A stretch of DNA of 64,000 nucleotides from Candidatus Eiseniibacteriota bacterium (GTDB lineage: Bacteria; Eisenbacteria; RBG-16-71-46). Position 1 is the stretch's first letter, and each line of letters begins with the position of its first letter. Shown in pieces: positions 62,483 to 64,000 of this stretch. The DNA is taken from the NCBI GenBank assembly GCA_963707915.1, contig OY970178.1:1632001-1696000 (forward strand), written 5' to 3'. The notes under the pieces were generated by a model that ran no database searches, was not told the DNA's origin, and saw only the letters and a list, made by a program, of their open reading frames with translations. Position numbers and translations under genes: made by a program.

Positions 62483-62748
62483 GAGGCCAGCGTCGGGAAG
62501 CTCTGCAGCACGCCGACCAGGTACTGGACGAGCTGGGAGAGCGACCACGGCAGGAAGATCACGAAGATGGCCGCCATCGCGAGCAGCTTCGGGATGAAGG
62601 TCAGGGTCTGCTCCTGGATCTGCGTCACGGCCTGGATCAGGCTCACCAGGATGCCCACGACCAGCGAGGTGAGGAGCAGCGGGGCCGCCACCAGCAGGGT
62701 CACCCCGAGGGCCTGGCGGATGAGCTCCACGGCGAGGGAGGAGGACAT
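62479..62748 (-). CDS. fliQ: Export gate FliQ
   Basis: QAVTQIQEQTLTFIPK; GTAGG upstream of ATG. Confidence 0.95.
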   Translation of the reverse strand: MSSSLAVELIRQALGVTLLVAAPLLLTSLVVGILVSLIQAVTQIQEQTLTFIPKLLAMAAIFVIFLPWSLSQLVQYLVGVLQSFPTLAS

Positions 62749-62753
62749 GCGGC

Positions 62754-63975
62754 CTACCGGAAGCTCGCGACGAGGTTCTGGACCACCAGCGTCCAGCCGT
62801 CGGCGAGCACGAAGAGGAGCAGCTTGAGCGGGAGCGAGATCATCACCGGCGGCAGCATGAACATGCCGAGGCTCATGAGCACCGAGGCCACGATGATGTC
62901 CACGACGACGAAGGGCAGGAAGATGACGAAGCCCATCTGGAACGACGGTGCGCAGCTCGCTGGTCACGAACGCCGAGACCACGACGAAGATGGGCAACTC
63001 CTCGACCGACTTGGCGTCCGAGGCGTGGCTCAGCTCGGTGAACAGGGTCAGGTCCTGCTCGCGCGTGTTCGCCAGCATGAACTCGCGGAACGGCTTGACG
63101 CCCTGCTCGTAGGCCTGGACCTGGGTCATCTGCCCGCCGAGGTAGGGCTGCAGCGCCTCCCGGTTCGCCTTCTGGAGCACGGGGTTCATGACCACGCCGG
63201 TGAGCAGCACGGTGAGGGCCACGAGCAGCTGGTTCGGCGGAACGGTCTGGGTGCCGAGCGCGGACCGCAGGAAATGCAGCACGATCAGGATGCGCGTGAA
63301 GCTGGTCATGAGCAGGAACATCGCCGGCAGCAGGGTGAGCACGCCGATGAACACGACCAGGCCGACCGCCCCCGACAACTGCAGGGCGTCCTTCCCCTCG
63401 CCCACGCGGATGTCCACGCGGGGGGCCGCCGAGCCGCCGAACATGCCGGCGGCCGCGCCCGCCGCCGGCCCACGCGCCGCGGGCGCCGGGATGGCGGTGG
63501 ACACGGCCGCGCGCTTCACGGCCGGCCGGGCCGTCGGCGCCGGTGCGGCGGCGGCCGCGCGCGGCGGCGTGGTGCGCGATGGCGCCTGGGCGTGCGCCGC
63601 CAGCGGGGCGGCGAGCAGCATCAGCACGAGCGCGGCGCGCCCCAGGAACGGCAGCCGCCACGGCCGGGTGAGCGACGCGGGGAGCCGCTCGGGCCCGGCT
63701 TCCAGCAGCCGGTCGCGCGCGGGCCCTTCGAGCTCGGTCAGCAAGCGGGTCCCGCCCTCGGCCAGGGAGACCACCAGCACGCGGTCGGCGACCTGCACGA
63801 CCGCGAGACCCTGCCGGGGCCCCAGGGGAACGCGCTGGAGGACGCGCAGGGGGACGCCGCGGCCGGACGGGGGAACGCCGCCCTGCATGCGCTGGACCAG
63901 TCGGAGCGCGAGCACGAGCACGCCGATCGTGGCGGCCAGGGCGCCGAGCACCCCGATGAACCCGGTGCCGATCAC
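62754..63975 (-). CDS. fliP: FliO-FliP fusion; frameshift near 62945 within FliP
   Basis: N-terminal FliO ([27 protein letters not shown]) in frame with FliP ([39 protein letters not shown]). Confidence 0.88.
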
Positions 63976-64000
63976 GCGGCGCTCTCGACGCCCTGGTTCG

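Noticed and set aside
62479..62945. Apparent FliP-FliQ fusion
   Set aside because: The FliP C-terminus and stop are in ORF 62754..62936; the join is an indel artefact
63972..64000. 3' end of an upstream gene (fliN expected by synteny)
   Set aside because: Only about 9 codons are visible, so it cannot be identified

Overview
High-GC Gram-negative bacterial DNA, probably from a long-read metagenome assembly; the FlgD/T9SS-A-like C-terminal domains suggest an Eisenbacteria/FCB-like candidate lineage (inference only). Four blocks: (1) 1-14.6 kb, large secreted multidomain proteins sharing a C-terminal sorting-like domain (8-repeat propeller-like protein, SUEL-lectin/HEXXH metallopeptidase, S8 subtilase with three 717-bp beta-helix repeats, ComEC-like MBL hydrolase) plus an acyl-CoA dehydrogenase. 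(2) 14.7-19.6 kb, DUF47 with two tandem PiT phosphate transporters, DoxX and a class V PLP enzyme. (3) 19.6-28.8 kb, a ureide/carbamoyl catabolic cluster: YgeW-like and pseudo-ATCase carbamoyltransferases, carbamate kinase, two YgeY-like M20 hydrolases and two fold-type II PLP enzymes. (4) 29-64 kb, chemotaxis and flagellar genes, including a CheR-CheD fusion, three MCPs with nearly identical signalling-domain DNA, an AlgE-like porin inside the che operon, a REC-REC-CheX protein, motAB, flgKNJIHAGF, fliA, flhGFAB, fliRQ and a FliO-FliP fusion. Four TCAAG-N14-nnCGA(T/C)AC sigma-28-like promoters and one sigma-54-like promoter are visible. Many conserved genes beyond 19.6 kb carry single-base frameshifts, most likely assembly errors. 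I saw no rRNA, tRNA, CRISPR array or intact mobile element.
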